Source of the DNA: Azolla caroliniana
Lineage: Eukaryota > Plantae > Polypodiophyta
DNA length: 64,000 nt
Direction of reading: 5' to 3'
NCBI GenBank assembly: GCA_043228905.1
Contig: JBHGNT010000009.1
Span: 6,386,001 to 6,450,000, forward strand
The notes beneath the pieces were generated by a model. It was not told the origin of the DNA, did not search any database, and was given only the letters and a program-made list of their open reading frames with translations. Below, piece by piece: positions 20,828 through 33,979 of the stretch; the first letter of the stretch is position 1; each line of letters starts with the position of its first letter. A program made the translations under genes and the position numbers.

Positions 20828-23800
20828 ATGCAGCAGCAGCAGCAGCATCAGCACGGATTGAGTTCCATGAAGAAGAAGAAGAAGCTGCAGAGCTCTCACA
20901 TTCTCTCTCTTTCTCCAGCAGAAGAAGAAGAAGAAGAAGGAGAAGGAGAAGGAGAAGGAGAAGGAGAAGGAAACAGCAGCAATGGAAGCTTACTTCAAAC
21001 AGTGAAGAACACCACCAAGGAACAGAGCATACCTGTCTCGCGGCATTCCCCTCATGTTGCCTCGATCGGGTTATTATCATCCGATTCACCCTTCCTTTGC
21101 CTCCTCCTAATTTTGAGCTCCTTCCTTAGCGTCTGCTGCGCCTCCGACAGCCTCCTCCTCTTCGACGCCTCGGCTCTTCTCGAAGCTAAATCTTCACTCT
21201 CCGACCCTCTCGGCATTCTCTCTTCTTGGTCCCAGCAATCCATCTCTTCAGTCTGTTCTTCTTGGTATGGTGTTTCCTGCTCTCCTAGTTTCTCATCATC
21301 ATCATCATCATCATCATCTTCTTCTTCTTCTTCTTCATCATCATCATCATCTCCATCGCCTTCTTCTTCGTCTTCTTCACGAATTACATCTCTGCATCTC
21401 CCTAACTCTACCCTGTCTGGCACACTACCCCTCTCATTTACCTCTCTATCCTCGCTAACATCGCTCGATCTCTCATCGAACTCTCTCTCCGGACCCATCC
21501 CTGCCTCGCTCTCTCGCCTCTCCGATCTCCGATCCCTCTTGCTCTTCTCCAACCAATTCTCCGGCTCTCTCCCGCCGTCTCTCTCCCTCCTCTCTTCGCT
21601 CTCCATACTCCGAATCGGAGACAACCCCCACCTCTCAGGTTCCATTCCACCTTCTTTCTCTAATCTCCAAGGCCTGCGAATCCTCGGCCTCGCCTCCTGT
21701 AACCTCACAGGGTCCATCCCACCTCAGCTTGGCTTCCTCTCCAATCTCACTATCCTCCGATTAGATGGCAATTCTCTCTCCGGACATATCCCGGTCGAGC
21801 TTTCCTTCCTTTCTTCCCTAACCGTCCTTCAGCTTGAAAACAACAACCTTAGTGGCCACATACCTCTCCAACTAGGGAAGCTTACTCAGCTGGAGGACCT
21901 CTCCCTTTACACTAATTCTCTCTCCGGCGCCATACCGAAGGAGCTTTCTAAACTAACACTGCTCACTAATCTTAACCTCAAGGAGAATCACCTCAGTGGC
22001 CCTATACCTCCAGAGCTAGGAGGCTTAAGTAGCCTCACTATTCTTGACCTTTCTGTTAATAACCTCTCTGGTACCATCCCGGCTTCCCTCGGAAACCTCT
22101 CTAAGCTAGAGTTCCTCGTGCTGCGAAACAATAGCTTGTCGGGGACAATACCGAAGAGCCTGTTCAATATCCCTTCTCTCACACACCTGTTTGCATCCAA
22201 TAACTCTCTCTCCGGCAGCATACCAAGTGAAATTGGGAAATGCGTATCGCTCGAGCAAATCGCTATAGACACAAATCTGTTGAGGGGGAACATACCAACA
22301 GAGATCGGCTATCTCACTAACCTTACAGATTTGATACTGTTCAACAACACCCTTGCAGGAAGCATTCCGTCTTCATTAGGTAATACAAGCTTAAGAGTGC
22401 TTGCTCTTAATGGCAATGGTCTCTCCGGACCTATACCACCAGAGATAGGTCAGCTAACTCATCTCAAGTATTTCTATCTGTTCAGCAATAACCTCACGGG
22501 TCCCATCCCACTGCAAATCGGCAATTGCGCAGCGTTAGAAGAGATTGATTTTTTCTCTAACCATCTCTCGGGGCCTATTCCATCCACCCTTGGCCAATTG
22601 AAGTCTTTAAAATGGCTCCACCTCCGGGAGAATAGTTTATCAGGCGAAATACCTTCCTCCTTGGGGAATTGCAGTAGCTTAATGATGCTAAATTTAGCGT
22701 CTAATTCATTAATAGGTGGAATTCCGACCACATTTGGATTGCTGTCCCACCTCACCATCTTGATGCTCTATCAGAATCAACTCAGTGGTTCTATCCCATC
22801 TGAATTGATGAATTGCAAGAGACTCGAGAGAGTGAATATGTACAACAATGAATTAAATGGTGTGATTCCGGGGTTAGGATGGAGCGGAAGCCTAGTTTTA
22901 CTTGATTTAACTAATAATTCGCTTGTCGGGCCGATACCCAAAGAGCTTGGAAACTCAAGAGGCATATTTAGACTAAGGCTCGGTCATAATAACCTCAATG
23001 GCAGTATCCCACCTGAATTAGGGAACATATCTAGCTTGGGTCTTCTGGATTTTAGCTCCAATAATCTCTCAGGTGAAATCCCATCTCAGCTTAGTCAATG
23101 TGGTGTCTTAATGCAGCTTTTTCTTGACCATAACCAGCTTTCGGGACCAATTCCTTCCAGCTTCCAATATCTAACCCTCTTAACGAGGCTTGACCTGTCA
23201 TTCAACGGGTTCATCAATGGTAGTATACCACAGGAAATAGGTAATTTATCAAAACTTGAACTTCTCCAACTAAGTGGCAATCAACTTTCTGGTTTCATAC
23301 CAGTGCAATTGGGACGCCTTTCTCAACTCACAGTTCTAGACTTGGATAGCAATCAATTGAGTGGATCGATACCATCATCGATTGGTTACATGGGCAATTT
23401 ATTGGAGCTTCGATTATCTCAAAACTTCTTGTCTGGGCCAATCCCATCAGAATTGGGAGAATTATCTAGCCTCCAAGTCATATTGGATCTTAGTTTCAAT
23501 AAACTCAATGGATCTATTCCACCTTCCTTTGCCAATCTTCGAGTGTTACAAGGTCTGAACTTGTCGAATAATGAGTTATCTGGAGACATTGGAGACTCTG
23601 CCATTGCATCACTACCGAGTTTGATTACGTTAAATATTTCCAGCAACATGCTTAGCGGATCAATTCCAGAGTCGATTTCAAGGTTCCCAATAAGTACATT
23701 CATGGGAAATATAAGACTTTGTGGTATGCCTCTGCAACAATGTGGATTAACAAAAACTCCAGGGGCTGAAAACCTATCGAATGGGCAATTGGCAGGCATT

Positions 23801-25699
23801 ATATCGGCTGCAGCTTTGCTCATGATGGTTTTTATTCTCTTCATAATCACTCTGGTTGAGAGAAGAAAAAGATGGGGAACAAAATCACCATCGATCGTTA
23901 AGGAACATAGCTTTCCGAGCAATAGGGGATTCAGTTGGACATTTAATGAGATAATGCAAGCAACTGACGAGTTAAGCGATAATAATATCATCGGATCGGG
24001 TGGATTTGGCACCATTTACAAAGCTGTGATGAAATCGGGCCAAGTCTTGGCCGTCAAGAAAGCATGTATAGATGATGAGGAGTCTATATACGACAAGAGT
24101 TTCATGAGAGAAGTTGATACATTAGGGAAGGTGCGGCATCGGCATTTGGTCAAACTTATTGGATTTTGTTCACACAAGGGTCTAAATTTGCTAGTCTATG
24201 AGTACATGCCCAATGGCAGCTTATGGGATAGGTTGCATGGTCAACTTGCCAAGAAACTTTCATGGGAGGATAGATTTAAGATAGCAGTCGGCATAGCAGA
24301 GGGTATTGCTTATTTGCACCACGATTGCCAACCAAAGATTATTCACCGAGATATTAAATCAAGTAATATTCTACTTGATTCCGAAGGAGAAGCTCATGTT
24401 GGTGATTTTGGACTTGCAAAGCAAGTTGATGCATCGAAGGTGACACAATCAGTCTCGATGATCTTCGCAGGCTCTTATGGCTACATTGCTCCAGGTAAAA
24501 AAACAATCACTGAATCTTTCAACACTTACATCGTTGCATAATGGAGGGTAAAATAATGCCGGTAAAATAAAAAGGAACATAATGGACTTGCTATATATAA
24601 ATGGCTGGCTGATGCAAATTAATAGACTAGGAAAACCCAACAAATTCAAGTATTTCGGGTTTTCATCATTCAAAATTTCACAATATTTCAAAACTACCTA
24701 TAAAAGGAAACTTGGTCATAAAATTAGGCAAACATTTCCAAAATATGTCTGAGAAATAGCACATTTGGTGATAAATGTTCTTCTTTACACACATGTTCTA
24801 TGAATTTTCTTTTTCCTTTTTTTCTCATTTCAGCAAGATCAATCTTTTGACATTGGTTTTGTTTCGGTTGTGAATTTGGTCAATTTCGCGCAGAATATGC
24901 TTATAGTATGAAGGCTACAGAGAAAAGTGATGTTTACAGTTTTGGTGTAGTTCTTATGGAACTAGTGTCTGGAAAATTACCTGTGGATCCTAGCTTCCCT
25001 GAGGGCATGGATATGGTCGCATGGGTAAGATCACATTTGGCAGGAAATGAAAATGTGAAACCAGTGGTTGATCCAAGGATTGGGATCCTCACAGAAGGCG
25101 AGGCTTCCGAAGTGTTATCGGTAATGCAGCTCGCTCTACAGTGCACTAGTTCGCAACAGGTATTAAATAGGACTTTCAAGTTTTTATGTGCTCATGTGTG
25201 ATATTGCATTGTATCTATGTATTTCCACCATGCTCACATGCTCATGTATGTATTTCATGCATTCATGCACAAGAAACAAAATAAAAGGCAACTTTCATAG
25301 AATTAAATTTCACTAATTGTCATCGTATTTTGGGCATGAACTTACTATGAATTAGAGGAATTGCATTACATTTCACAAAAACTTCATGATATTTTAGGGA
25401 TTTTGGGCATATCGTCTAGTATCATGAATACATGTTACTACGTTAATAGGAGTTAAATATACCACTACATAATTATCCTACCAATGTCGTCTTGATTTTA
25501 CGTGCATGATCAGCACAAACATTGTGAGTTAATAGTTCTTTTTTGGGTTTTCTTTTCACAGAGTGAGCGGCCAAGCATGAGAGAAGCTGCCGACAAGCTA
25601 GACAGAGCAAAGAGGCAAGGCAGGTGCTTCAGTTTTGATGAAAGCATATCAAAAGCTTTCATATCCCCCTCTTGTAAAGAGATGATAATGAAACGGTAG
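20828..25699 (+). CDS. GSO1: GSO1/SGN3-like LRR-XI receptor kinase; join(20828..24494,24894..25159,25562..25699), 1356 aa
   Basis: Hydrophobic signal segment, LRRNT C-x-W-xGVxC, about 30 plant LRRs, TM segment, RD kinase (IGSGGFG, HRDIKSSN, DFG, GSYGYIAPE). GSO-like motifs as recalled: LRIGDN...LASC, HLRENSL, RLRLG, RHRHLVKL...GLNLLVYEYM. Both introns are GT-AG and splice in frame (4071 nt in total). Orthology is not tested. Confidence 0.88.
24894..25159 (+). CDS. GSO1: LRR-RLK exon 2 (kinase subdomains VIII-XI)
   Basis: Acceptor CGCGCAG|AA restores [23 protein letters not shown]; donor CAG|GTATTA at 25160. Confidence 0.9.
25562..25699 (+). CDS. GSO1: LRR-RLK exon 3 (ERPSM motif and C-terminal tail)
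   Basis: Polypyrimidine tract and CACAG acceptor; supplies the invariant subdomain-XI Arg (SERPSMRE); TAG at 25697-25699. Confidence 0.82.
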   Translation, partial: SERPSMREAADKLDRAKRQGRCFSFDESISKAFISPSCKEMIMKR

Positions 25700-27059
25700 A
25701 AACACATTGAATTACAATAGGTATTTCAGTCTCAAAGAATTTCCAAGAACATGGCAAACCTTAATGACATGAACCTGGGGTATGCATCCATGGATGCGTG
25801 TATAACATTGTATATATACAAACATCTATGTTATTAAAAGTAATGAATGTTTACATGAAAATTCAGCTCAAATATGGAAGTTCTCAAAGCCCACCCTTGA
25901 TTGCCTTTGGTCAAGAATTTGAAAAATATAGCTAGCTAGTCTTACAGAATAGCATTTCTCAAGTCATTTTTCTCGTTCAATGTACATATTTTAAAAACAA
26001 TACCTTAAATTTCTATATTTTTCCTGAAAAAAGTTTGGAGAGGCTATAAAAATATTGTGATGGGCACGAATGGGCTTTACATAATGGGATGAGTAAGTAA
26101 GTAAAACTCAAGCCACATTCTAGAAACATTAACGAACTCGAATGTACTTTACAAAACAGAATCTATCAAACAATTCCTAAGTTCATTTCTATGAAACTAG
26201 GGATAGAAATTTTAATAGTATGATTCTTTCTATGTAATATACATATGTATATACATATATTCATATACATATACATATATATGTGTGTATGTAAATATTC
26301 GTAATTTCAAGATTATCAAACATGTCCATTTTCTCGGGTTTATGATTAAGTATCATCCTTAGAGTAAATAAAAAAGAGTTAGTCTTTAGACGTTTAGCAA
26401 TCAAGGAATCAACCCTTAAAGACAAGCATAATGCATCTTAAATTCAAAGGTCGATGTCTTAATATGTAAATCAGAAATGGTATTTAGATTTAACAATGAT
26501 TGAGCTCAAACTAGAAGTTTCAAAGCCCTAGATGACGACGACATAAATAACTAGATAAAGTTTTGGGCATTTGAGTCAGCTTAAACTTAGCCATGAATCA
26601 ACACAAAACGTAAAAGATCGATGTCCCATTGTGAAAATTATGCAAATAGTTAGTGATAAAGTTTTGATCATTGAGTAGATTTCAGGTTAAACCCAAGTTA
26701 CCTTAGCTGTTAATATTTTTAAAAAACAGATACGTAATGACGGCTAACATTTCGCACATTGAGTACCTTTAGCTTAACTTTGAGGATAGTTCGACCAAGG
26801 TGCAAGCACATAATAAGGATATAAAGTCTTTAACAATTGAGTGGTTTTACATCATTAGGCCAGCATTCACAGTACCTCCTAAACTTCTACTTGATTTTTC
26901 CGAATCATTGGTTCTTTTCTCATAATTATCAATGCATGACAAAGAAACTTGGGCAATCAATAAAGAAAATAATGCTGGAAACTGGGTTTCAGACGAACAT
27001 ATATGCAACTTTACATGAAACTTTATTCAGCTGAATAAATCTACAATGCATTCTGTCAT

Positions 27060-27670
27060 GATGGACCCAAAATTTCAAAGTTCAAAGACCTATGTGAATG
27101 AGAAACAAGCCATGATGAGTGCCATATTGGAAGTTTTGACATGATTGATCTTAGATCTAACTATGGGACGCTCTAAGTTCATCCAACAGTATATACAATG
27201 CCCAAAGTCCCAAAAAAATGAGTAATTGTTTACATGCTTTACGCTAAGTAAGATCTATCACTAAACTATATATAGCAGGAAAGTAGGCCAATATCCCAAA
27301 GAATGAGTGGTTTTGGACATGATTCAAATTTCAGCTTACATCAAATAATGTAGATTGAAACGCAATGTCCCAAAAATATGACTGATTTTGTACATGTTTC
27401 AAATTCCAGCTTACATCTAACATTCTAGGAATGAGACTCAAATCCCAATGTCCTATAAAATGAGTACTTTTTACATGATTGAGTTTATGTAGGATGAGGC
27501 CCTATGTTCCTAATGATGAATAATTTTACATTTTAATTCGAATTTCAGCATTTGTCTAAGCTGTAACAATGTAGAATGAAACCCAAAATCCCCCCAAAAA
27601 TGGCTAGTATTTTTCCATAATTTCAGCTATAACCTAAGTTTTTAGCAATGCAAACTGAATCCCAAAAAAC
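27060..27670. repeat. Degenerate ~75-85-bp tandem array
   Basis: Recurrent blocks CAATGTCCCAAAAAATGAGT...TTTTACATG..AAATTTCAGCTT. Confidence 0.55.
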
Positions 27671-28586
27671 AAGCAAAAATCGTCATCATAACCCACATTC
27701 GGGAGGGAGAGGAGGTATGATGGATATTGTACTCCGACGTGAAGAAAATCCATTGAAATGTGTATAAAAGGCATACAAAGAAAAAGAATGGTTATTATAG
27801 AAAAACGAGAAATATTATTGCAAAAATAATATGACGAAAGGAGAGATTATTAATATCTCTGTTTTTTCTGGAATCCTCTCAATATTCTGATACAGAACGC
27901 TTGAGATTGTGTACAAAGTAATACATAAACAAAAACAAATTACAGATTTATAAAGAAATACAGAAAGAAGGGGACTATTATAAAAAAAAATACATGAAAA
28001 AAGAAGAAGAATTGCTGCAGCAATACATGAAAAAAGGAGAGATATTTCTGCTAAGAAGAGAGACGTGATTAAATAAACTTATAACAAATCTTTTTCTTTT
28101 TTTCTTCCAAAAAAACTTATAACAAATCTTAGGTGGAAAACCCAAAAGAAATTTTGATTTTTCAAAATACTTATTTATTACCCAAAATTCTCTCAACACA
28201 TTCTGTCATTCTGATTCAGAAAGCTCACTTACCTCAGTGGTCATGATCATTGTGGGCAGAGAAATCGAGGACTCTGTTAAGACAAAATAAAAGAAAGCTC
28301 TCAAAACGAGGAAAAGGAAACAAAAGTTGTGTGTGTGAGAGAGACAGAGACAGAGACAGAGACAGAGAGAGAGTGAGAAACACTTTGCTTGTATTAGAGA
28401 TCACTAGGAAAATATAGTGTGTATATAGCTTCCATAGGATATCCTAGAGCTCTGAATTCTCTGACAGAAAAGATCGAGTAAATTTATAGACATAAATATA
28501 AGAATTCAGAGGAATTCAGAGAAAGAATAATATCTCTGTCACTCTACTCTGTCTTACCGCCCGCGTGCTCTGTTTTTTGATAAGGA

Positions 28587-28617
<31 letters not shown>

Positions 28618-28795
28618 AAGAGAAGCTCTATCTTTTCCTCTGTACCTTTCCTTCTGTTCTTCTCGATTTCTGCGTTGAAAAGATAACCATTTCTTCTCCT
28701 TCTTCCGCCTCCTCTTTCCTCTGCTTCTTCTTCTCTGTTCTTCTCTCTCTCTGTTTCTCTGTCTCAGATTTATCCTTCATCTGCCATGCCTCACT

Positions 28796-29108
28796 CATAC
28801 ATACATACATACATACATACATACATACATACATACATACATACATACATTACATACATACATTACATACATACATTACATACATACATACATACATACA
28901 TACTAATACATACATAATAATACATACATAATAATATGTACAAGCATACATGCACACATACTAATACATGCATAGTAATACATACATAATAATACATGCA
29001 TACATGCACAAATACTAATACATACATACATGCATACATGCACAAATACTAATACATACATACATGCACACATACATACATGCACAAATACTAATACATA
29101 CATACATA
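28796..29108. repeat. (TACA)n microsatellite and derived minisatellite
   Basis: Perfect ATAC run, then CATACATGCACAAATACTAATA variants. Confidence 0.9.
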
Positions 29109-32049
29109 AGAGTGAGTGAGTGAGTGTCTGGTATGCTCTCTCTTGTTCTCACACCGCGCGTCACCTATTGTCGTAATCCTCGTTGTCCTTGCCGTCACTT
29201 GATCGCAATCCCATCAACTACTGGAGTACTATAGTAACTCCAAATTACCTAGATTAGTCACGTTCTTTTGTTAGGACGTTGAATCGCGATCAAATGACTC
29301 CGAAGCCCACAAGACTCACTCACATTATTTTTACCCATTCCCTTTCCCACTATCGACCATGTCAAGTGGGATGCCATGTTGACAACAATTTGAAATCCTA
29401 GGACCAGGACTTCCACGAAACCTCTTTTCCTTGAATTTTTTGATCTACTGCAATACAATAGGTTTCTATGCACTATTAGCATGGCAGAACGTGGTTGGCC
29501 CCTTGAAACATGATGGTATGAGGAATGGCATACTAAGGACCCATCAATAGATTGTTGCCCACTCACTTCCATGATCTGTTAGAAGGAACACATATTAGTC
29601 ATTCACTTCCGTCATGTGTTAGAGGGCACACACACATTAGTCATTTCCTTCCATCACATGTTAAAGGATTCACACATTACCATGCACATGACATTTTATG
29701 AGGGACCGACATGTAATTACACAGAGAGTGTTTGGTACAAAAGGTGCTATCTCCTTAGTAAACCCAAAAGCGAGGGGATGTTATATATGTAAAAGATTAT
29801 AACCGTCTACTTGCCCAAGCCTCTAGGTTGTAACAAGAGGCATCACAAAGTATGTTTGATTGTGAACCAAATTGTACATGATTGGGTTTGTGAGCATCAA
29901 TGGGTTACAAATGACCTCCACTTCACCCCCCATTTGTTGTGGTTATTGAAGGTGTCTCGCAAACATACGGATTATAAAACTCAACATGTCCCGAGGCTTA
30001 ATGGGGCTATAAGTCTACGATAACTTGTAGAGTTATCCAAGCATCCTAACAATAATGGATTTGCATGTAGCAAGCTTGGTGCAACCATTTTGAGTTATTT
30101 GTTTGATGGAGGAAAAAGTGAAGATTATTTTCATCGTGTTGTAAATCCTTATTATGTAGATCTATATAAAGAACCCAAAATGTGACATAATGGTGGATAA
30201 CCCATCCATGTTGAGCTCAATAGATGACAAACCTTGGACCACAACTTTTGGTCATGATTCACCACACAAGATGCAATGATCAAACCCCAAGTCATAATCT
30301 CATAAGTTGAAAACTTGGTATTTAATTAGGAGTCTCTCTTTAATTTGAGGTTTGAAGGGATTAAACAAACATTGAAATAAATATCTATATATACATCTTT
30401 TATATTTGTTGTATAAGTAACAATACTTTATTAGCATAAAAAGTTGCATTGTTAAGCCTAGCAACATAGTGGTGCTCTTCACCCTACATTGAAAATCATC
30501 TTGTATGAAGGGGGCCATAAGGAATTTAAATGTTCTTTCACTCAATTGCAATCTCACCCAAGGGCCAAATTTATTGATTTATTCTTTCAACGACTCACCA
30601 TTATGTTATTTTATGATATGTATATATTACTCGAACAAATCAATAGTAACATGTTTTCTCGAATATCTTTTAGGATAGAATATAGCTATTAACGTCATGA
30701 TTTTGTTGACAAAGTACACATCTTTGAGCATACACAAACTCGATTACACATAAATATATTCATCTTTCTCTTCAAATTATTTCATGGCTTACGTTAGGAC
30801 ACCTAATCTTGTTACCGTTGGATTTGGATCGTTTAGTCATGTCAATAAGATAATCCTATTGTTACATGATCAACTGTCGCATCAATATGAATATTTTGCA
30901 TTAATGATAACAACCATTTAGGTTGGGTATTCGGGAATAAGGATAAATGTTGAAACTCTAACCTAAGCAATTCTATCTTGAAAGAATGACTTTTTGATCC
31001 CAACACGGTATTGTATGAAAGATTGCGTATGGAAAGACAAATAAGCATGCCTAAAGAATTTATCTCGGGATGGATGATCACAAGAATTGGGGTTGCTTTA
31101 AAAAACTATTTGCACTACTTTTAAAACAACAAATATTTGTTTATTTCTCCAAGGTTAGCCATTGCCAAACTTGATGTGATTGGTTACTCCAAACAACTCC
31201 AAGAAAAGCAAATCTTTGAAGACATTATTCACAAAAACACCATGTGAAATTTAAATTTGACCTCATATGGCAATAATAACATCTCTCCACATATTATGCA
31301 CAAGACACTTTTTCTACTATTTGCTGCTAATTAATAATTCTAATACATCCAATCTCTCTTGGCAATACCCATGAGCTTATTATATTGTTTTCTATCCTAT
31401 TATTGTTGCCTCTACTGTAGGTAGGATACATCCTAGCTTTAGATTCCTCATAAACTAATCTAGTTATTCTCCATTATTGGGTTATATGTGGCTCATGTTC
31501 TCCCTTGATATTATCCTCTTTTGTTCCCTTCCATCTCTCAACTTACATGTAATGAATGTATATAAGTTTTGTCAAGGATCTTGCTACAACATACGGTCAA
31601 GTACTTCCAATCTACTTCATTTCCTTAGATTCCAAAGTCAAGGTGGTGGATATTGGTGCCCAAGAGAAGACAATAAGTGTGGTACAAGGAAAAAGAAGCA
31701 GTAGAGATGACAACCAAAGAAATAAGACTTAAGCCTTGGGAGTGAAAAGGCCCAAGGGCAACATAATAGACTAGGTTTAAGGTCTTTTTCGAAAAGCTTC
31801 TTGATCTTTTGTAAACTAAACTAGAGCTTAGGTATTCTAATCCCTCTATCTCACTCCATTTCATTTGACCAATCTCATAGAGTCATATGAGCGCCCAAGT
31901 CTTAAGTTTCAGTTAAGTACTTGGGGTCCTTGTATCAATTTTGGTGATTGAAGATATTTAATTGAATTGCGCGTTTTTCTTTCATGTCTTTCGAGCCCTT
32001 TTATTGCTCAAGTAATAAGGTTTATTAACAACATTTCTGGTTTAGATAA

Positions 32050-32720
32050 GTGCAAAGAATATGTAAGTTTTTTTGCTTAGTGGTTAACACCAACACTAGT
32101 GGGTTTTAGAATGAGTGACATTCATTCCTAGTTGTGCCATCTACAATAGAGTGGATTATGACCATACAACCAATGGAGATGCCCTACTACCAAAGCCTTT
32201 GTTTGCATGAATGTTGATTTAGCTTTTACCTTGCCGTAGTTAGCAACTCAATATCTTATTCATTGTATTCATGATGTGGGGCACACAATTGGTGACACCT
32301 TGCCATAATGTGCAGATGTATACCAGTTTGCATGACTAGTTGGACTTGGGTATAACTTATGTAGAGATATCCAATTGAATAGATAGACCTCCATACAAAA
32401 GCTTCAAGGCCAAGTTATCATCTTATTGAGAGGTTGAAGATCTTCAATTAAGTGTAGAAAACCAATATTTTTCGGTATAGTTAACCAACTATTTGAATAT
32501 GACACATTTGAGGACTCTAGAATTCCCATGCGAATCTCCTCTTTCAGCAATTCGATGAACTTTGTTATATGGTCCATTTTACACAAGAATAAACTTTAAC
32601 ATTTTAAATATCACCATTAATCTCTTGTGGGGAAAAGGAAAACCCCTTTTGCATTTTTCAAGCATCTCATTGAACTTCAAATCCTTTTTAGGTAAAAGGA
32701 ACCCACCCTTACCAACTCAG
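32050..32720 (-). pseudogene. Highly decayed Ty3/gypsy RT fragment (same lineage as element L)
   Basis: 32404-32586 ELLKEEIRMGILESSNVSYSNSWLTIPK...EDLQPLNK aligns by eye with 62423-63229. Confidence 0.65.
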
Positions 32721-32899
32721 AGCTTCCCTTGTGCTTCGTTGATGAAGGTGTGTCTAATTCATCTTGGATTCCTTAGAGAAGGATTAGCCACTACTTCTTT
32801 CATCCATCATCAACCACCCTCTGGCAAGGGAGAAGCTACGAGCATCATTTTCCTATCTGCCATATTAACTTTGCTTGTGTCTGCCACAATAAAGTTGAC

Positions 32900-33560
32900 G
32901 GGATGACCAATGATGATTGGGAAGAGCTCGATCTCTTGCAATGTCATTATAAGATTAGATTTAGCAAATAATATAACGTATATTTCATGGACTTGGAATG
33001 TGACTTGATCAAGAAATTATGGATAAAATTATGTAGTACTAATGAGAAGGAGACTACATCGAACAAATTTTACTTGATAAGAAAACTTTATGATCTTTGC
33101 ATGAAGGACACCAATAGTGTCTCGTTCCATTTGAATGACCTTCATTGCTTATGGTCTCAATTGCAGGCACAAAAAATGACCATGGATGATGAATGAAATG
33201 TGCCTTCTTAGCATGCACATTGCATGCCTTGTGGGATACATTTTGCATTGTTGTGAGTAATAGTACACTAAATGGGAAGGTGGTTTATGATGACATATGT
33301 GAAACTTTGATGAGTGAAGAAATTCATAGAAATCTATGACTACCTCACATAATGGATATGCATATAATGTATATGAGGTTGTCTCACAAAGAACCAACAA
33401 CATGGTAGAAGTCAAACTAGAAAAAATAATGGAAACCACATGAGTAGAAGTAAATCTATGAAGAAGTACGTTGAATGCATTATTCTCATAAGAAGGGCAT
33501 TTTAGGAAAAAATATTATTCCTTAAAGAATAAAGAAAAGGAAAATATTAAAGCCAAGGGT
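32900..33560 (+). pseudogene. Decayed copia gag remnant
   Basis: SNKFYLIRKLYDLCMKD...HLND...LWDTFCIVVSNS...LMSEE, followed by a degenerate CCHC. Confidence 0.65.
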
Positions 33561-33580
33561 TCCCCATATTTAGTGGAGAT

Positions 33581-33979
33581 TGTCAAAGTTAATATGCGGA
33601 AGCTTTGACAAACCGGTTTATCCGGTCAACAACAGAAAATAGAGGAAGAAGGTTTAATGGAAGCTTAGGACACACAGGAGAGACAGAGAGAGTAAAAAGC
33701 ATAAACTCAATTCAAAATAAAACACTATGTACATACAATGTGCTCAGTGAGCACATTTATACAAGTCCTTACACGGACTAATAGAAGTACTGACATGTAC
33801 TTCAATGCTCATATGAGCGACTGACACTGACTCCCAAAAATATGCCTATGAACTAGGCTAGATTCGTAGGCCTCTAACGGCCTACCGATTACAATCTGAT
33901 TCAGCTCCTGGTTCTGGATACCGATCCGGCTCTCGCTTATTCAGATGATCCGGATCTAGTTGAGCTTGTTCGTTCAACA
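33581..33979 (-). repeat. Copia G 3' LTR (399 bp)
   Basis: TGTCAAAG...TTCAACA termini; homologous to the sequence from 39027. Confidence 0.88.

Noticed and set aside
21052-21717. 221-aa E/R/D-rich antisense ORF
   Set aside because: It is a by-product of the CT-rich Ser/Leu codons and poly-Ser repeat on the coding strand.
29258-32000. Short ORFs as host genes
   Set aside because: No recognisable domains or consistent splice structure; likely decayed repeats or intergenic DNA.
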